Source of the DNA: Nitrosopumilus sp.
Lineage (GTDB): Archaea > Thermoproteota > Nitrososphaeria > Nitrososphaerales > Nitrosopumilaceae
Direction of reading: 5' to 3'
DNA length: 64,000 nt
Assembly (NCBI GenBank): GCA_965205675.1
Contig: OZ242186.1
Span: 640,001 to 704,000 of the forward strand
In this document: positions 40,963 to 51,828 of the stretch, piece after piece
How the letters are laid out: each line of letters opens with the position of its first letter
Position numbering within the stretch: the first letter of the stretch is position 1
The notes under the pieces: model-generated
Seen by the model: only the letters and a program-made list of their open reading frames with translations
What the model was told of the DNA's origin: nothing
The model's database searches: none
Program-made: the position numbers and the translations under genes

Positions 40963-41916
40963 CTAGGATTTTTTATTTAATTTTGAAAGTAACGCAGCAT
41001 AAATGAAAGGCAAAATTGTTGTAACTTCTGCATGAAGTGTGGTTTGTTTTGCTTCTCGTGTAACTTTTCCCCATGAAATTGCCTCTTTAACTAATGCACC
41101 ACTCAAACTTCCATCAAATTCCTGTGCAGTCGTAATGTAAAATGCATAATCTAATCCATCTCTGTATTGATTCCACCATAATGTGTGATGTTTTGAAATT
41201 CCTCCGCCAATCATAAATGCCCCTGATTTTTCAGCTTTGAAAATCAATTCTGATATTAAATTAGCATCACCTATCAAATCCAATGTGAAATCACTATGTG
41301 ATTGTGAAAACATCCAAATTTGACTTCCAACTGAACCATCCATAATTCCAGGAACAATTACCTTGACATCATTTTTGTAAGCCCAATATAGATAAGAGTC
41401 CTCTCCAAGATGCTTTCCGATCATCTTGCAAATATCAGCAGTAGTCATTTTTCTAACACCTGCTTGATATTCTTCTTCTAGGAATAACTGCATTTTTTCT
41501 TCAATAAGTGGACCATAACTATCCATAGGTACCAAGATGTTTCCTAATCTGTGAATGTTTTGCTTTGCTAATTCTCCATCCTCCATGGTAAATGATCCTT
41601 CGTTATAATGTGAAAAATGTCTTGCAATATCATGATCTAATGAACCGCAGGTTACCATTGCAACATCAAACCATTTATTCTTAATCATGTCTTTGATTAT
41701 GCCCCTTAATCCTGTGGATATTACAGCAGCTACAAATGAAACAAATTTGAGACATTTTTCATCTGAAATCATTTCAGTTAAAATTTTTAATCCATCTGAT
41801 AGATTAACTGATTCAAATCCTCCAGATTGGGATAATTCTTGAAATATTTTTTCAATGGATGTGTTAGAATCTATTTCTATGTCTTTTACTGGACGACCTA
41901 CATTAATCATCATCAA
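40963..41916 (-). CDS. dys: Deoxyhypusine synthase
   Basis: GGF...NL, ISTGLR, RLGNILVP, IGGGISKHH, DGSLSGA...EAISWGK. Confidence 0.93.
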   Translation of the reverse strand: MMMINVGRPVKDIEIDSNTSIEKIFQELSQSGGFESVNLSDGLKILTEMISDEKCLKFVSFVAAVISTGLRGIIKDMIKNKWFDVAMVTCGSLDHDIARHFSHYNEGSFTMEDGELAKQNIHRLGNILVPMDSYGPLIEEKMQLFLEEEYQAGVRKMTTADICKMIGKHLGEDSYLYWAYKNDVKVIVPGIMDGSVGSQIWMFSQSHSDFTLDLIGDANLISELIFKAEKSGAFMIGGGISKHHTLWWNQYRDGLDYAFYITTAQEFDGSLSGALVKEAISWGKVTREAKQTTLHAEVTTILPFIYAALLSKLNKKS

Positions 41917-41992
41917 ATTTTCATTATGTTATCTATAAATCTATTGTAAAGTAATACCAAAAATTTGAATCCATAACATTCTTGATTACAAG

Positions 41993-42232
41993 TCATGTAT
42001 GTTGTTCTGATTTTTTAATTCCAATGATTATTCCATAATAATCATTATACGATATGTCTGTAATCTTCATGTTAAATTTTTGTAACATACTTTCTACGAA
42101 TGTAAAATGTATTGAAATTTGATTTGTTTTAATCTGAATTTGTTCACCTGTAATTATTTTTTCCCAACTGGATACAGTTTGTTCAAGATAATTAAAAAAA
42201 CTATCATATTTTTTTATTTCATTATCATTCAA
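41993..42232 (-). CDS. Hypothetical protein
   Basis: 79-aa ORF upstream of dys. Confidence 0.5.
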   Translation of the reverse strand: MNDNEIKKYDSFFNYLEQTVSSWEKIITGEQIQIKTNQISIHFTFVESMLQKFNMKITDISYNDYYGIIIGIKKSEQHT

Positions 42233-42322
42233 AACTATTTTTCACTTGTACTTTTGATATTAAATCTTTCAAGAATATTTTTCATATAAATATAAATAAA
42301 AAGAAGTAATTAATACTAAAAT

Positions 42323-42535
42323 ATGCCCGCACATAAAGCAACTTCTGAAAAAACATTATCAATTAAAACCAAATTAATCATTATTGCAATTATGTTTGTC
42401 ATTATAAATTTAATATTTTACATTGGATTTGATTCATCAAATGACTCTGAAGAATCTATTGAATTAGAAAATAATCTTCAGTCAAATATTAAAAACCAAA
42501 CATCTGCAGAAATAATAACTTCAACAATACCCTAA
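42323..42535 (+). CDS. Small single-TM protein
   Basis: One hydrophobic helix and an acidic tail. Confidence 0.5.
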   Translation: MPAHKATSEKTLSIKTKLIIIAIMFVIINLIFYIGFDSSNDSEESIELENNLQSNIKNQTSAEIITSTIP

Positions 42536-42577
42536 GTTACTTGTGTTAATTTAATCAGAATTTAGAATATTTTAAAT

Positions 42578-44269
42578 CTAATAATATTGATGCATTTGTC
42601 GTTGTTCTAATCCTTCTTGCTCAAAATGATTATGTGCTTTTCCACCATCATGATGAGCATGAACATGACCATCAATATGACAATGAGTGTTATCAATTTG
42701 ATTTTTCATAAAGACATCGTCAATATTTAAGATCATATTGGTTGCCTCTACGGCTGTATTGAAAATCTGTTGTTTAACAGCTGCTGTTTCAATAATTTTT
42801 GATAAGGTCATATCTGATATTTTTCTAAAACTATAATCTACTCCATACCATTTAATTTTATTGGTAGAATTTGCAAATTTTGCCCGTAATTGGGTTTTTG
42901 TGTCAATCACATTCATTCCAACATTTCGAGCTAATGTCAATGGAATTTCTTCCACTGAATTTGCAAATCGTTCTAACACAATCTGTTCTTTATTTTCAAT
43001 AGTAGAGGCATGAATTCTGATTTTCTCTGCAATGATTCCTTCAATAGAGCCGGCACCAAATACAATAAATGGACTTTCAATAAAATTTTTCAATACTTTA
43101 AATCCGTTTAAAGCATTCCTATGAATCTCATCCAAATATCGCTTTGAATTGGCTCGCAATAACATGGTGACTGATTTTGGATTAACGCCTTCGACAAATA
43201 TCATTGTGTCTCCACCAATAGTTTTTTTATAAATTTTTTTGGCATGTCCTATTTCGTCAGTAGCTATTTTTTGCATATCCTTACAAGTTTTAGCACCTGT
43301 TGCTTTTTCTAACCACCATAAATCATTGTATTTCACTCTTCGAATCGTAATAATTCCTTTTTGTGCAAGAGCTTCTTGAACAAAGTCATTTATTCCCTTT
43401 CTAGATATTACAACGTTAACATTAGCATCTACAATTTTTTTTACAAGTGCTTCTAAATCCGTATTTTCTTGAATTAAAAATTGACTCATTTGTTCTGGAG
43501 AAGTAATTTCAATTTCAGATTCAGATTTTGTTTTCATTGTCTCTAAGGATTCATTAATTAGTAAAATTTTTGGATTGTCTATACTTTTAGGCATTGCAGG
43601 ACTATCAATGGTTTTATCAAGTACCGTTCCTCTAACTAATTGCGTATCTGAAATATTTCCAATTTTTTCTTCAATTTTGATATCATCAATATTGATATAA
43701 TTATTTTTAAAATCTCTAATGCAAGAAACAGACTCGATTATCAAATCTAAAAGTTTTTCTTGTGAATCGTATAAATCAAAAAGCGTTTTACCATTCAAAC
43801 ATGTGTAAAGTAACTGTTTCATTATTTTTTGATCTAAATTATTTGAACTTATTTTTACATCATCTAATACCTCTAAGGCATAATCAAGGCTTCGTTCATA
43901 ACCTTTTATTATTACAGTGACGGGGATTCCAATGTTTAGCAAATCTTTGGCATTTTCAAGTAACGCGCCTATTAAAATAGCCGAAGATATGGTGCCGTCA
44001 CCCACATGAGTATCTACAGTATTTACTGCTTCTATAACTGATTTAGCTGCAGGATGATCAACATCGACTTTTCTTAAAAATGCGCCACCATGTTTTGTTA
44101 AAGTATCTTCATCCAGTATGTCGATGTATATTTTCGACATACCTCTTGGACCTAAAGATGTTTTAACCAGATCTGTAACAAGTTTTCCAGAAATTAAATT
44201 TAACATTTGTGATTCTTGAATACCGATACGAGAAACATCTTCATCAAGTAAGTCTGGATATTTCATCAC
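42578..44269 (-). CDS. Divergent group II chaperonin (thermosome-like) with His-rich C-terminus
   Basis: SLGPRGM.K, HPAAK, GDGT, MPK.I.NPKIL, IP.TLA.N.G, IL.IDD; tail THCHIDGHVHAHHDGGKAHNHF. Confidence 0.9.
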   Translation of the reverse strand: MMKYPDLLDEDVSRIGIQESQMLNLISGKLVTDLVKTSLGPRGMSKIYIDILDEDTLTKHGGAFLRKVDVDHPAAKSVIEAVNTVDTHVGDGTISSAILIGALLENAKDLLNIGIPVTVIIKGYERSLDYALEVLDDVKISSNNLDQKIMKQLLYTCLNGKTLFDLYDSQEKLLDLIIESVSCIRDFKNNYINIDDIKIEEKIGNISDTQLVRGTVLDKTIDSPAMPKSIDNPKILLINESLETMKTKSESEIEITSPEQMSQFLIQENTDLEALVKKIVDANVNVVISRKGINDFVQEALAQKGIITIRRVKYNDLWWLEKATGAKTCKDMQKIATDEIGHAKKIYKKTIGGDTMIFVEGVNPKSVTMLLRANSKRYLDEIHRNALNGFKVLKNFIESPFIVFGAGSIEGIIAEKIRIHASTIENKEQIVLERFANSVEEIPLTLARNVGMNVIDTKTQLRAKFANSTNKIKWYGVDYSFRKISDMTLSKIIETAAVKQQIFNTAVEATNMILNIDDVFMKNQIDNTHCHIDGHVHAHHDGGKAHNHFEQEGLEQRQMHQYY

Positions 44270-44397
44270 ATTTCTTAGAATTCCTTGTTAAAAAATATTT
44301 TTGAAAAAATTAAATGTAATATAATTATTTTAAATTATCTTTTAATATTCATCAATTTGGATACGTGGTCGGATATGAAAGTGGAGAATGATAACAT

Positions 44398-44694
44398 ATG
44401 ATGCAAGTGCAAAAAAATGAGCTAAAAAGTGCCTACATACTTTTGAAGTGTGATAAAAAAGAACATAGTGATTGCAGAAAAATACGTGATGCATTATTGG
44501 ACAAATACCCCAATGTTAGACGTGCTCAAACTACTGATGCAAAAATTAATGGCGAACAATGGTGTGTTGCAGCAACTGCTTTAGTAAATTCTACAGATGC
44601 AGATAAAATTAAAGAGGATTTGTGGAAGTTACGTACAAATAACAAAAGATTTATTGGAATATCTAATGTTCACTTTGTTGTAGATCAACAATAA
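44398..44694 (+). CDS. Possible stand-alone Lrp/AsnC ligand-binding (RAM-like) domain
   Basis: AYILLKC start and a beta-alpha-beta-beta-alpha-beta pattern; no HTH. Confidence 0.45.
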   Translation: MMQVQKNELKSAYILLKCDKKEHSDCRKIRDALLDKYPNVRRAQTTDAKINGEQWCVAATALVNSTDADKIKEDLWKLRTNNKRFIGISNVHFVVDQQ

Positions 44695-44699
44695 ACTTA

Positions 44700-45783
44700 T
44701 ACCTTGGAGCATAATTCTTTGCAATTTCTCAAAACAAATAGCAATACTTTTTGATCAGTAGTTAGAAATAATTTCATGGACATCACAAATGACGAGTTAC
44801 TCCAGGCCTACAAAAAAGAAAAAAATATTCACAAAAAAAAAACAAGATTACATGCAATGTGTATAATTAAGATCAACGAATCCACAATTGCTGAAACTGT
44901 CAACCAAATGTTTTGTACCTACAATTCTGTAAGGAATTAGCTTGATTCATTTGAAAAATACGGACTGGAGGATCTCCCTCGTTCTGGCCGTCCGCCATTA
45001 ATTTCACACAAAAAATTACAAAAAATAGAGCGTACATTTAAGAAAATTTCAGATGGAATGACTCCAAAGAAACTGATACAATTCATATTTTACAGAACAC
45101 GCATTACATATCATATCACTCACGTGCGTCGTTTGATGCATAAATGGAATCTAAAACCAAAGGTTCCACAAAAGGTACATGTGCGAGCAGCATCCAAGGA
45201 TACATGCCGCAAGTGGAAAAACCGCATCATTTCACGCATAGAAAAGGCAAAAAAGAAAGGTTTTACAGTATTTATCCAAGACGAGTCTGTATTTGTAGAC
45301 GATGTACGTCTTGGTAAAAAATACTGGACAGATACACATCAACGAATGATTGTACGTTGGAGAGGATCACATCAAAGATTTTTGGTTTATGGAAATGATG
45401 ATAATCAAAGTTTTTTTAGATCGTATGAAAAATTTAATTCAATTGCATTTATAGATTATTTGGAAGCAGCTCGTAGAAAATTTGGAAAAATATTTGTTAT
45501 CATCGATAGAGCGCCACAACACAAAGCTAATGATGTAAAAAAATATCTGCACAAAAACAAAGATGTCAAACTGGCATATCTTCCAAGAGGTTCTCCACAT
45601 TTGAGTATGATTGAAGAGATTTGGAAACAGTGCAAACATGTTAATGTTGAATCAGAATTTTATGAATCTATTCATGAAATGAGGCATATAGTTATGGAAT
45701 ATTTTAGAACGCACAAATTCAATTTGAATATGTATCAGTATTTTGCAAGAACAATAAATTGAAAAGACTTATGATCTGGGGTA
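44700..45783 (+). mobile_element. IS630-family element, copy 1 (transposase inactivated)
   Basis: Ends TACCTTGGAGCATAA ... TTATGATCTGGGGTA flanked by TA; near-identical to 61244..62339; ORF from 44776 has TGG>TAG at 44938 and in-frame indels (+3, -9, -6 bp). Confidence 0.92.
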
Positions 45784-45850
45784 TAATTGCGCAAGAGGCC
45801 TAATACAAATAATGTTGGTGTGGATTAGACTCAGTCAACAAAAAAATGTT

Positions 45851-46066
45851 TCAGATTTGTTGTAGAAACTCTTCTTTTGAGATTTCTGCTTGCTCCAGTA
45901 TTAACTTTAAGGTGGACTCTCTTATTGGAGAATGTCTTGGAACTGGAACAATATTGCCCTTGCTATTTTGTAAAATTATGTGGCTTCCTCTTTGTCTGTT
46001 TGTATGATACCCAAATTTATTTAATGCCTTTATGACATCACGCCAATTGTGGTTTCTCAGACTCAA
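45851..46066 (-). CDS. hicA: HicA mRNA-interferase toxin
   Basis: RQRGSH.IL...VPVPRH.PI...TL..IL.QA.I..EEF. Confidence 0.9.
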   Translation of the reverse strand: MSLRNHNWRDVIKALNKFGYHTNRQRGSHIILQNSKGNIVPVPRHSPIRESTLKLILEQAEISKEEFLQQI

Positions 46067-46281
46067 TTTGGAATCTCTACAACTATCTTTTGATCTGGTT
46101 TTGTTTTTTCCTCAATGGATTCTAGAACTAATGAGATTACTTCTTTCATGTTTACTTCTAGTTGCTCCATTGTGTCTCCTTCACTGATTGCTGCAGGCAA
46201 TTCAAGGCATCGTCCGGTGTATCCACCTTCTGATGATTTGATTACCTGTATAGTGAATTTTCTTGTATTCATGCTTTTCAT
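46063..46281 (-). CDS. hicB: HicB antitoxin (short form)
   Basis: GGY...C.ELP.AISEGDT.E.L..NMKE.I.L.LE; overlaps hicA by 4 nt. Confidence 0.88.
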   Translation of the reverse strand: MKSMNTRKFTIQVIKSSEGGYTGRCLELPAAISEGDTMEQLEVNMKEVISLVLESIEEKTKPDQKIVVEIPN

Positions 46282-46599
46282 TTTCTTGTGTTGTTTCCTT
46301 TCTAAAAAAGATTAGGAATCAAGAATGCGGTTTAATTCTTGCCTTATCTTTTTGAGTGTCTTTTTGTGCTTTCTTTGACGTATTCTGTCTTGTGCTATTC
46401 CTAATTCAACTCGAGCATCTGAAATTATCTTAGATGGATGTCTCAGTTCAATCATCATATGACACGAGGCATTGCAGTGTCTAGTGTTTTTTGTTGCAAT
46501 GCCATGAATTCCATGAACTAAAAATTGATGTATACTAAATAACAAAAATTTGTCACCCTATTCTGAACTCGATTTACGTACATTGTAGATTCAAGTTTA

Positions 46600-47323
46600 A
46601 ATTTCAGGAATTAGTATAATTTGGAAGATTTTGGTTCATGAATATTTGTTAGACAGTATAGTTCAATGCTAAAAGCAGATGGTCCAGTATGGCACAAATC
46701 AGACATTGAACAAAACCGTCTGCCAATATCAGGAATTGACACTGTTGTTCAATGGGGATCTCTAAATCAAAGGGTTGGATATTTGGATACAAACTGCACA
46801 TGAGTTGCAGTACTGGCAAACTGGTTGTTCCTTTATCTGCTAATGTCTCAACTGCAAATGTTTCTGATGGTAAAATGTATTATACAATAATTGAACCGCT
46901 TTCAGGACTGGTTGAGAATATTTTATGTGATCCCGCATATGATGATAAATCATTATATCAGTTTAGCGATGAGAGACATTTGAGATTGATTTGTCCTATC
47001 AAAATATATCCATCAACGCCACCAGAGCGAATCAAACTTGCAGATTTTTATAATTCTGTACAAGGTCAAGAGTTATACTCACAAAGAAAAGTTTCAATTG
47101 AACCCCTCTTTGAGTATCTCAAAGATATTTTTAACATCAGGGTGATGCCAGTAAGAGGATTATACAATGTCAAATCATTTGTGTTGGTTTGTGTTCTTGT
47201 GTATCAGTTGACAGTGTATTACAACTGTATAATTGGGGCAGAGAATCCCAGATTTGTAAAGAGAATGCTTTACTGTTAGAAAATCCCTGAGAATTATTTT
47301 TGTAAATAATTATGCCCAAGTCT
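46600..47323 (+). mobile_element. 5'-truncated IS982/IS5-like DDE transposase relic
   Basis: SSMLKADGPVWHK...WG, frameshift, GWIFGYKLH...TANVSD...CDPAYD...R..SIEP.F..LK. Confidence 0.7.
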
Positions 47324-47486
47324 CAACTATTTTACTTTTGCTTTTTACTGCATGTTGGGTCTTGATACTTTACACGAAGATCCATAGTTGAGGTCTCATT
47401 ATTTCTGTCTGGTTACTGAAAAGGTAGAGATTAGGCGTAAAAGTCATAAACCTATGAAATAAAAAAAGCGAAACTCTGATATTAAA

Positions 47487-49085
47487 TTATTTTTTCATTG
47501 CATTGTGACTTGTGAGATCATCTCCTGATGTATCTAAAGTATTTGAATCATAACCATTTGGCATGGAATCATCAGCATTTCCAAAGTGTTTCAAATCTTC
47601 ACCTGATATGACATCCTCTTCTGGTGGAACATAATCTCGTACGTCATGTCGCGTTTTTCCAGGATGTGTGTTTTGTGTTGCATATGCAACAATTACAAAT
47701 AATATTGTTGCAATTACTGGAGGAATCATTGTATCTAATCCTGCCCACTCTTCAGGCATGGTAAAGAATAGAATCAATCTAATGGCAGAACCTACAATTA
47801 TTGCCGTTATAGCTGCTGGCATGTTTGCTTTTTTCCAGAATAATCCAAATGTAAGAGGTGCAAATGCGCCTGCAAAAACGATGTCAAAAGCCAAAATTAG
47901 ATAAATTCCAGGAGCTGGGATAAAGTAACCAATTGCAGTTCCAATCACTATCATAGGAATAATGGCAAGTCGTGTTACTTTGAGTAATTTGCTATCACTC
48001 CAATTAGATCTGCCCATCCAACGCCGTCGAATTATTCTTTGCATTAGATTTCTAGATATTACACTTGAAATAGCTAGTAATCCTCCACTAGCTGTAGACA
48101 TTGATGCGCCAATTACACCCATTAGAATTGCAGCCCCAATTGCAAATGGCATAAACTCAGTAGCTAGCACCGGTAATGCTAAATCAGGCATTATGTCAGC
48201 AGGTAAATAATAAAATGCTACAATTCCTAACATGCTGGTTGGGATGACTGTGAACATTGTTAATGCGCCCCCCATCAATGCCCCTCTTTGTGCAGTTTTG
48301 GGGTTCTTTGCTGCAAATACTCTTTCCATAAAGTCAAGTGCAACAATATCTCCCAATCCTAATGCAACAATAGCTCCCCAATTTATCAGTGCTCCATTTG
48401 CAATATCAAACAGCCCTGAAAGATCCATGAATTCAGGAGGCGCATTATTATAAATTACATCCCATGGGGTATCTGAGAATCCGCCAAAGAAGAAAAGGAA
48501 TGCTGCCCAAAATGCACCAATTGCAAGATACACCTGAAATAGATTTGTGTATGCGGATGCAAATAATCCTCCTGCAACTGTATAGATTACTACAACTAGA
48601 GCTGAAATTGCTATTCCGTAAAAATAATTTATTCCAAATACGACTTCTAAAATAAATCCACTAGCTGCTAAATTACCTGCAACAAGAATAAGGAAACTGA
48701 TTATCATTAATATTCCTGATAATCCTTCAGCTCCATTTCCAAATCTTCTAAAATAAAAATCAGGTAATGTAATCATAGACATTCTGTTTAGAGGCTTTGC
48801 ATAAAATGCAGAAACAATAAGCAGACAAGATCCCAAACCAATTGGAATTACTGCACCGGCCCAAAATCCAAATTCAAACGTGAGTGCAATATTTCCTAAT
48901 GTTGAATTTCCATCTACTGCTTGTGCTGCAAGCATTGTTCCTACCATAAAAAGCGGCAAACTTTTTCCAGCAACAATTAATCTTTTCCCACTATTTTTTA
49001 CTAATCTGCCAGCAAACACTCCCACTGCAAGTGTAATTACAATGAATATTGCAACTGCAATGCCAAAACCCTCCAATTCAACCAA
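47487..49085 (-). CDS. Sodium:solute symporter (SSS/SLC5 family)
   Basis: VAGKSLP, ITLPDFY.RRFG, YT..GGL.A..YT...Q, ERVFAAK, ASMSTA; about 13 TM; TTG start. Confidence 0.92.
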   Translation of the reverse strand: MVELEGFGIAVAIFIVITLAVGVFAGRLVKNSGKRLIVAGKSLPLFMVGTMLAAQAVDGNSTLGNIALTFEFGFWAGAVIPIGLGSCLLIVSAFYAKPLNRMSMITLPDFYFRRFGNGAEGLSGILMIISFLILVAGNLAASGFILEVVFGINYFYGIAISALVVVIYTVAGGLFASAYTNLFQVYLAIGAFWAAFLFFFGGFSDTPWDVIYNNAPPEFMDLSGLFDIANGALINWGAIVALGLGDIVALDFMERVFAAKNPKTAQRGALMGGALTMFTVIPTSMLGIVAFYYLPADIMPDLALPVLATEFMPFAIGAAILMGVIGASMSTASGGLLAISSVISRNLMQRIIRRRWMGRSNWSDSKLLKVTRLAIIPMIVIGTAIGYFIPAPGIYLILAFDIVFAGAFAPLTFGLFWKKANMPAAITAIIVGSAIRLILFFTMPEEWAGLDTMIPPVIATILFVIVAYATQNTHPGKTRHDVRDYVPPEEDVISGEDLKHFGNADDSMPNGYDSNTLDTSGDDLTSHNAMKK

Positions 49086-49113
49086 AACAGAAATTTTTAT
49101 AACAAAAAATTAT

Positions 49114-49143
49114 TTAAGTATTAAAAATTTCAAGTAAAGTACG
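49114..49143 (-). promoter_or_regulatory. Shared operator/promoter element upstream of the SSS gene
   Basis: ttaagtattaaaaatttcaagtaaagtacg, 26/30 identical to 55099..55128. Confidence 0.7.
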
Positions 49144-49475
49144 TTTTATGAATATAGTTTCATATGTATGATATCATTTGACATAAAATTTATAATTATT
49201 GTAGTAATTTATTGTAAAAAATAATAATTAAAGATAAAAACTACTATTGATTCAATAATGGAATATAATAAAACACACAATTTTTTTTTGATTTAATTCG
49301 TATAATACATTTATTTTAAAATTTTTAAAAAAAACTATCATTTTAAAAAAATAATTTGTAAAAAGAATATCTCATTGCATCTAATTATAAAATAATAACA
49401 TTCAACAGAAATTTTTAAAAAATTAGATTTCGAAAAAATATAAATTTAATTAGTTAACTGGTACGATTATTCCCT

Positions 49476-49637
49476 ATGGATAAACAATATGCGTTGGCAG
49501 TAATTTTAATTATATTGGGAGTTGGTTTAAGTCAATCTGGAACAACTAATGCTTTTTACAGTGGCCTTGGAATTGGAATTATAGGATTAGGAATATTTTG
49601 GGTAATAATTCGGTTAATTAAAGAATTAAAAAGATAG
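49476..49637 (+). CDS. Small two-TM membrane protein (53 aa)
   Basis: MDKQYALAVILIILGVGLSQSGTTNAFYSGLGIGIIGLGIFWVIIRLIKELKR; below the track cutoff. Confidence 0.65.
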   Translation: MDKQYALAVILIILGVGLSQSGTTNAFYSGLGIGIIGLGIFWVIIRLIKELKR

Positions 49638-49699
49638 ATCGTTTTATTTTTAAAAATTAACATAATAAAATAATATAAGTATCACCTAGAATAAAAATT

Positions 49700-50218
49700 A
49701 TGCCTGCAAAAGGATATTCTACAATAGGAATGAAACCTGCAGTAATATCAGAATTACAAGACGTTACAGATAGAAATTATCTAGGAATGTTTCTACCTAG
49801 CACTCTAATCATCATGATGAATGAAATTAAAGCCGAACGATACTCGGTGCATTCCCACAAATTAAGATTAGATTTGACAGGGCGATACAATTCAATTACA
49901 ATAAGATCAGATGTAAAAGAATGGTTGCAGGATAATTATAAAATACTGAATCAAGAATACTTGGACAAATATAGAATTACTTGTTTTACAAAATTTGTTA
50001 GCTATTTTCTAGTTAATGTAATTGAATCAAAAAATGATTCTCAAAACAATACCTTAAATCTAAAAGAGGCAGATTTTAAATTTCTTCATAAAGAATACCA
50101 AAAACAAAAAAAGGCTTTAAAAAATGAAATGAAATTAAATTTTGAGCAATTTGTAGATAATTACATTAGTGAATTATTTGATAGAATAAAAATGGCAAAA
50201 AAAGCTTTAACTGTCTAA
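49700..50218 (+). CDS. Hypothetical protein, possibly a repeated RHH-like DNA-binding protein
   Basis: Three related segments (YSTIGMK..V.SEL / YNSITIR..VKEWL / NTLNLK..DFKFL), each followed by helices. Confidence 0.6.
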   Translation: MPAKGYSTIGMKPAVISELQDVTDRNYLGMFLPSTLIIMMNEIKAERYSVHSHKLRLDLTGRYNSITIRSDVKEWLQDNYKILNQEYLDKYRITCFTKFVSYFLVNVIESKNDSQNNTLNLKEADFKFLHKEYQKQKKALKNEMKLNFEQFVDNYISELFDRIKMAKKALTV

Positions 50219-50228
50219 AAATAAAAAA

Positions 50229-50480
50229 TCAAAGAGGAGTCATAGTATCAATCAATCTTGCATTAACTATATGCCCATCTTTCTCCTGAATCTCAAGATC
50301 TACGGTGTATTTCAATGCATTTAACATGAAATTAACTTGTACATCCCAACCTCTTCTAGTTCCTTTTTCAGGAATTGCAAATGTTTCATTTATTTTGAAA
50401 TCATTTACATCACCATAAAGAGCAGTTATTGCTTTTTGAGATGCATTGTGAATTTCTTCAACAGTACTTACTTGTTGCAT
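50229..50480 (-). CDS. PepSY-like small protein
   Basis: A...A....Y, W.V.V.F.....Y...I....G.I pattern. Confidence 0.55.
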   Translation of the reverse strand: MQQVSTVEEIHNASQKAITALYGDVNDFKINETFAIPEKGTRRGWDVQVNFMLNALKYTVDLEIQEKDGHIVNARLIDTMTPL

Positions 50481-50559
50481 AAAAGTAAATAAAAAAACAA
50501 ATATAAAAATTTTTATTATTTTTTTAAAATTTATTGTATCCTAAAATTAGTTTGTCTTT

Positions 50560-51250
50560 TACTCTGTATGGTATTTTTCTCCTAGCTGCTTACAACAAAT
50601 GCGATTTTCTTCTTTGCCATCTTTTGCATGAATGCTTTAGCTAGCGTTTTAAGATGATTATTCTCATCAAATAGCATGTGTGATTTTGTGTAATTGTGCC
50701 AATCAGTTAATTCGTTTATCACATCAAACCATTTTTGCTTTCTCTGAATCTCACTGTAAAATTGTCTTAGCTTACTGTTTGTCTAAAGATGACTCAGCAT
50801 AGTAGCTAGAATGTGCTTAATTTTTAATGTTGTTCATTCTCGCTCAAACTCTGATGAATTTTTTTGTATTGTGATTTTTTTGCATAAAACTGAAAACTAT
50901 GATTAGTTGGAACTGATTCAGATTTATCGTGTTTTGTAATTGTTTTTTTGAGTATTATAATTGCATTATTTCAAGTTGCATTTGTAAGCACTTTGTAATT
51001 GATGATGAATTGTAATACTCTATTCTGATAACAAATTAGCCAATTATCTGAGAATTTACAATCAGTATGTTGCATAAAATTGGAATATGTCTTCTCATAT
51101 CTTCATGAAATCAACAACCGTTGTATTTCACATTCCATTTTTTTAAATACTCTGATTATCTGCAATACTTTGGTTGGATCTAGTTTTTGCACGACTAGAT
51201 GATTCCTGTCTCTCTGCCCTATGCGTATCTTGATTTTAGTCTAGATGCCA
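50560..51250 (-). mobile_element. IS481-family transposase relic
   Basis: Degraded pieces QKLDPTKVLQII, NHSFQFYA, SSEFERE, IKHILA, QT.SKL..FYSEIQRK, W.NYTK.HM, KT.AKAF..KM. Confidence 0.6.
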
Positions 51251-51342
51251 TGAGTTAATTTCAGAACAATGGACTGGTGTATTTATTAATTAAAATATAA
51301 GAATCTAAGAAAGTATAATTTGTTAAAAATATACAGATATGC

Positions 51343-51828
51343 ATGCTGGAAATTCACGCACCAGACGGAAATATCTTTCTAGACCAAGAATTTGACAAAC
51401 TAAAAGATGAAAATTTTGAGAAACTAAAAATCTCACGAACTGATTTGGAAAAAAGAATTCTGAGAAGAAAGACAGATCGTGGAACAGATATTGGTTTGAA
51501 TTTAGACCCTGGAATAAAACTTTGCAATGGAGATATCATAAAAAACAACAATATGAAAATTATAATAGAGCAATTACCTGAAAAAGTAATTTTAATAAAA
51601 CTAAAAACCAAAAGTATTGTAGATGTGATGGTACTTTTAGGTCATATTATTGGAAACAGGCATAGGCCAATATCAATTCAGGAAGATGAGATAATGTTTC
51701 CAATTCAAACAGATTCAGAACAAGAAATATTTACAAAACTGTTTCATAATATTATAGATCATATTGAGATAAAAGTAGATGAGAGAATATTTCTTCCACA
51801 TTTGGGTGCTAACATACATGAACATTGA
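51343..51828 (+). CDS. ureE: Urease accessory Ni chaperone UreE
   Basis: KR..R..TD.G.DIG......L..GD, LGH.IGNRH.P, C-terminal HEH. Confidence 0.9.
   Translation: MLEIHAPDGNIFLDQEFDKLKDENFEKLKISRTDLEKRILRRKTDRGTDIGLNLDPGIKLCNGDIIKNNNMKIIIEQLPEKVILIKLKTKSIVDVMVLLGHIIGNRHRPISIQEDEIMFPIQTDSEQEIFTKLFHNIIDHIEIKVDERIFLPHLGANIHEH

Noticed and set aside
46312-46545. 77-aa ORF upstream of hicB
   Set aside because: Weak start and no assignable family; may be a 3' gene fragment.
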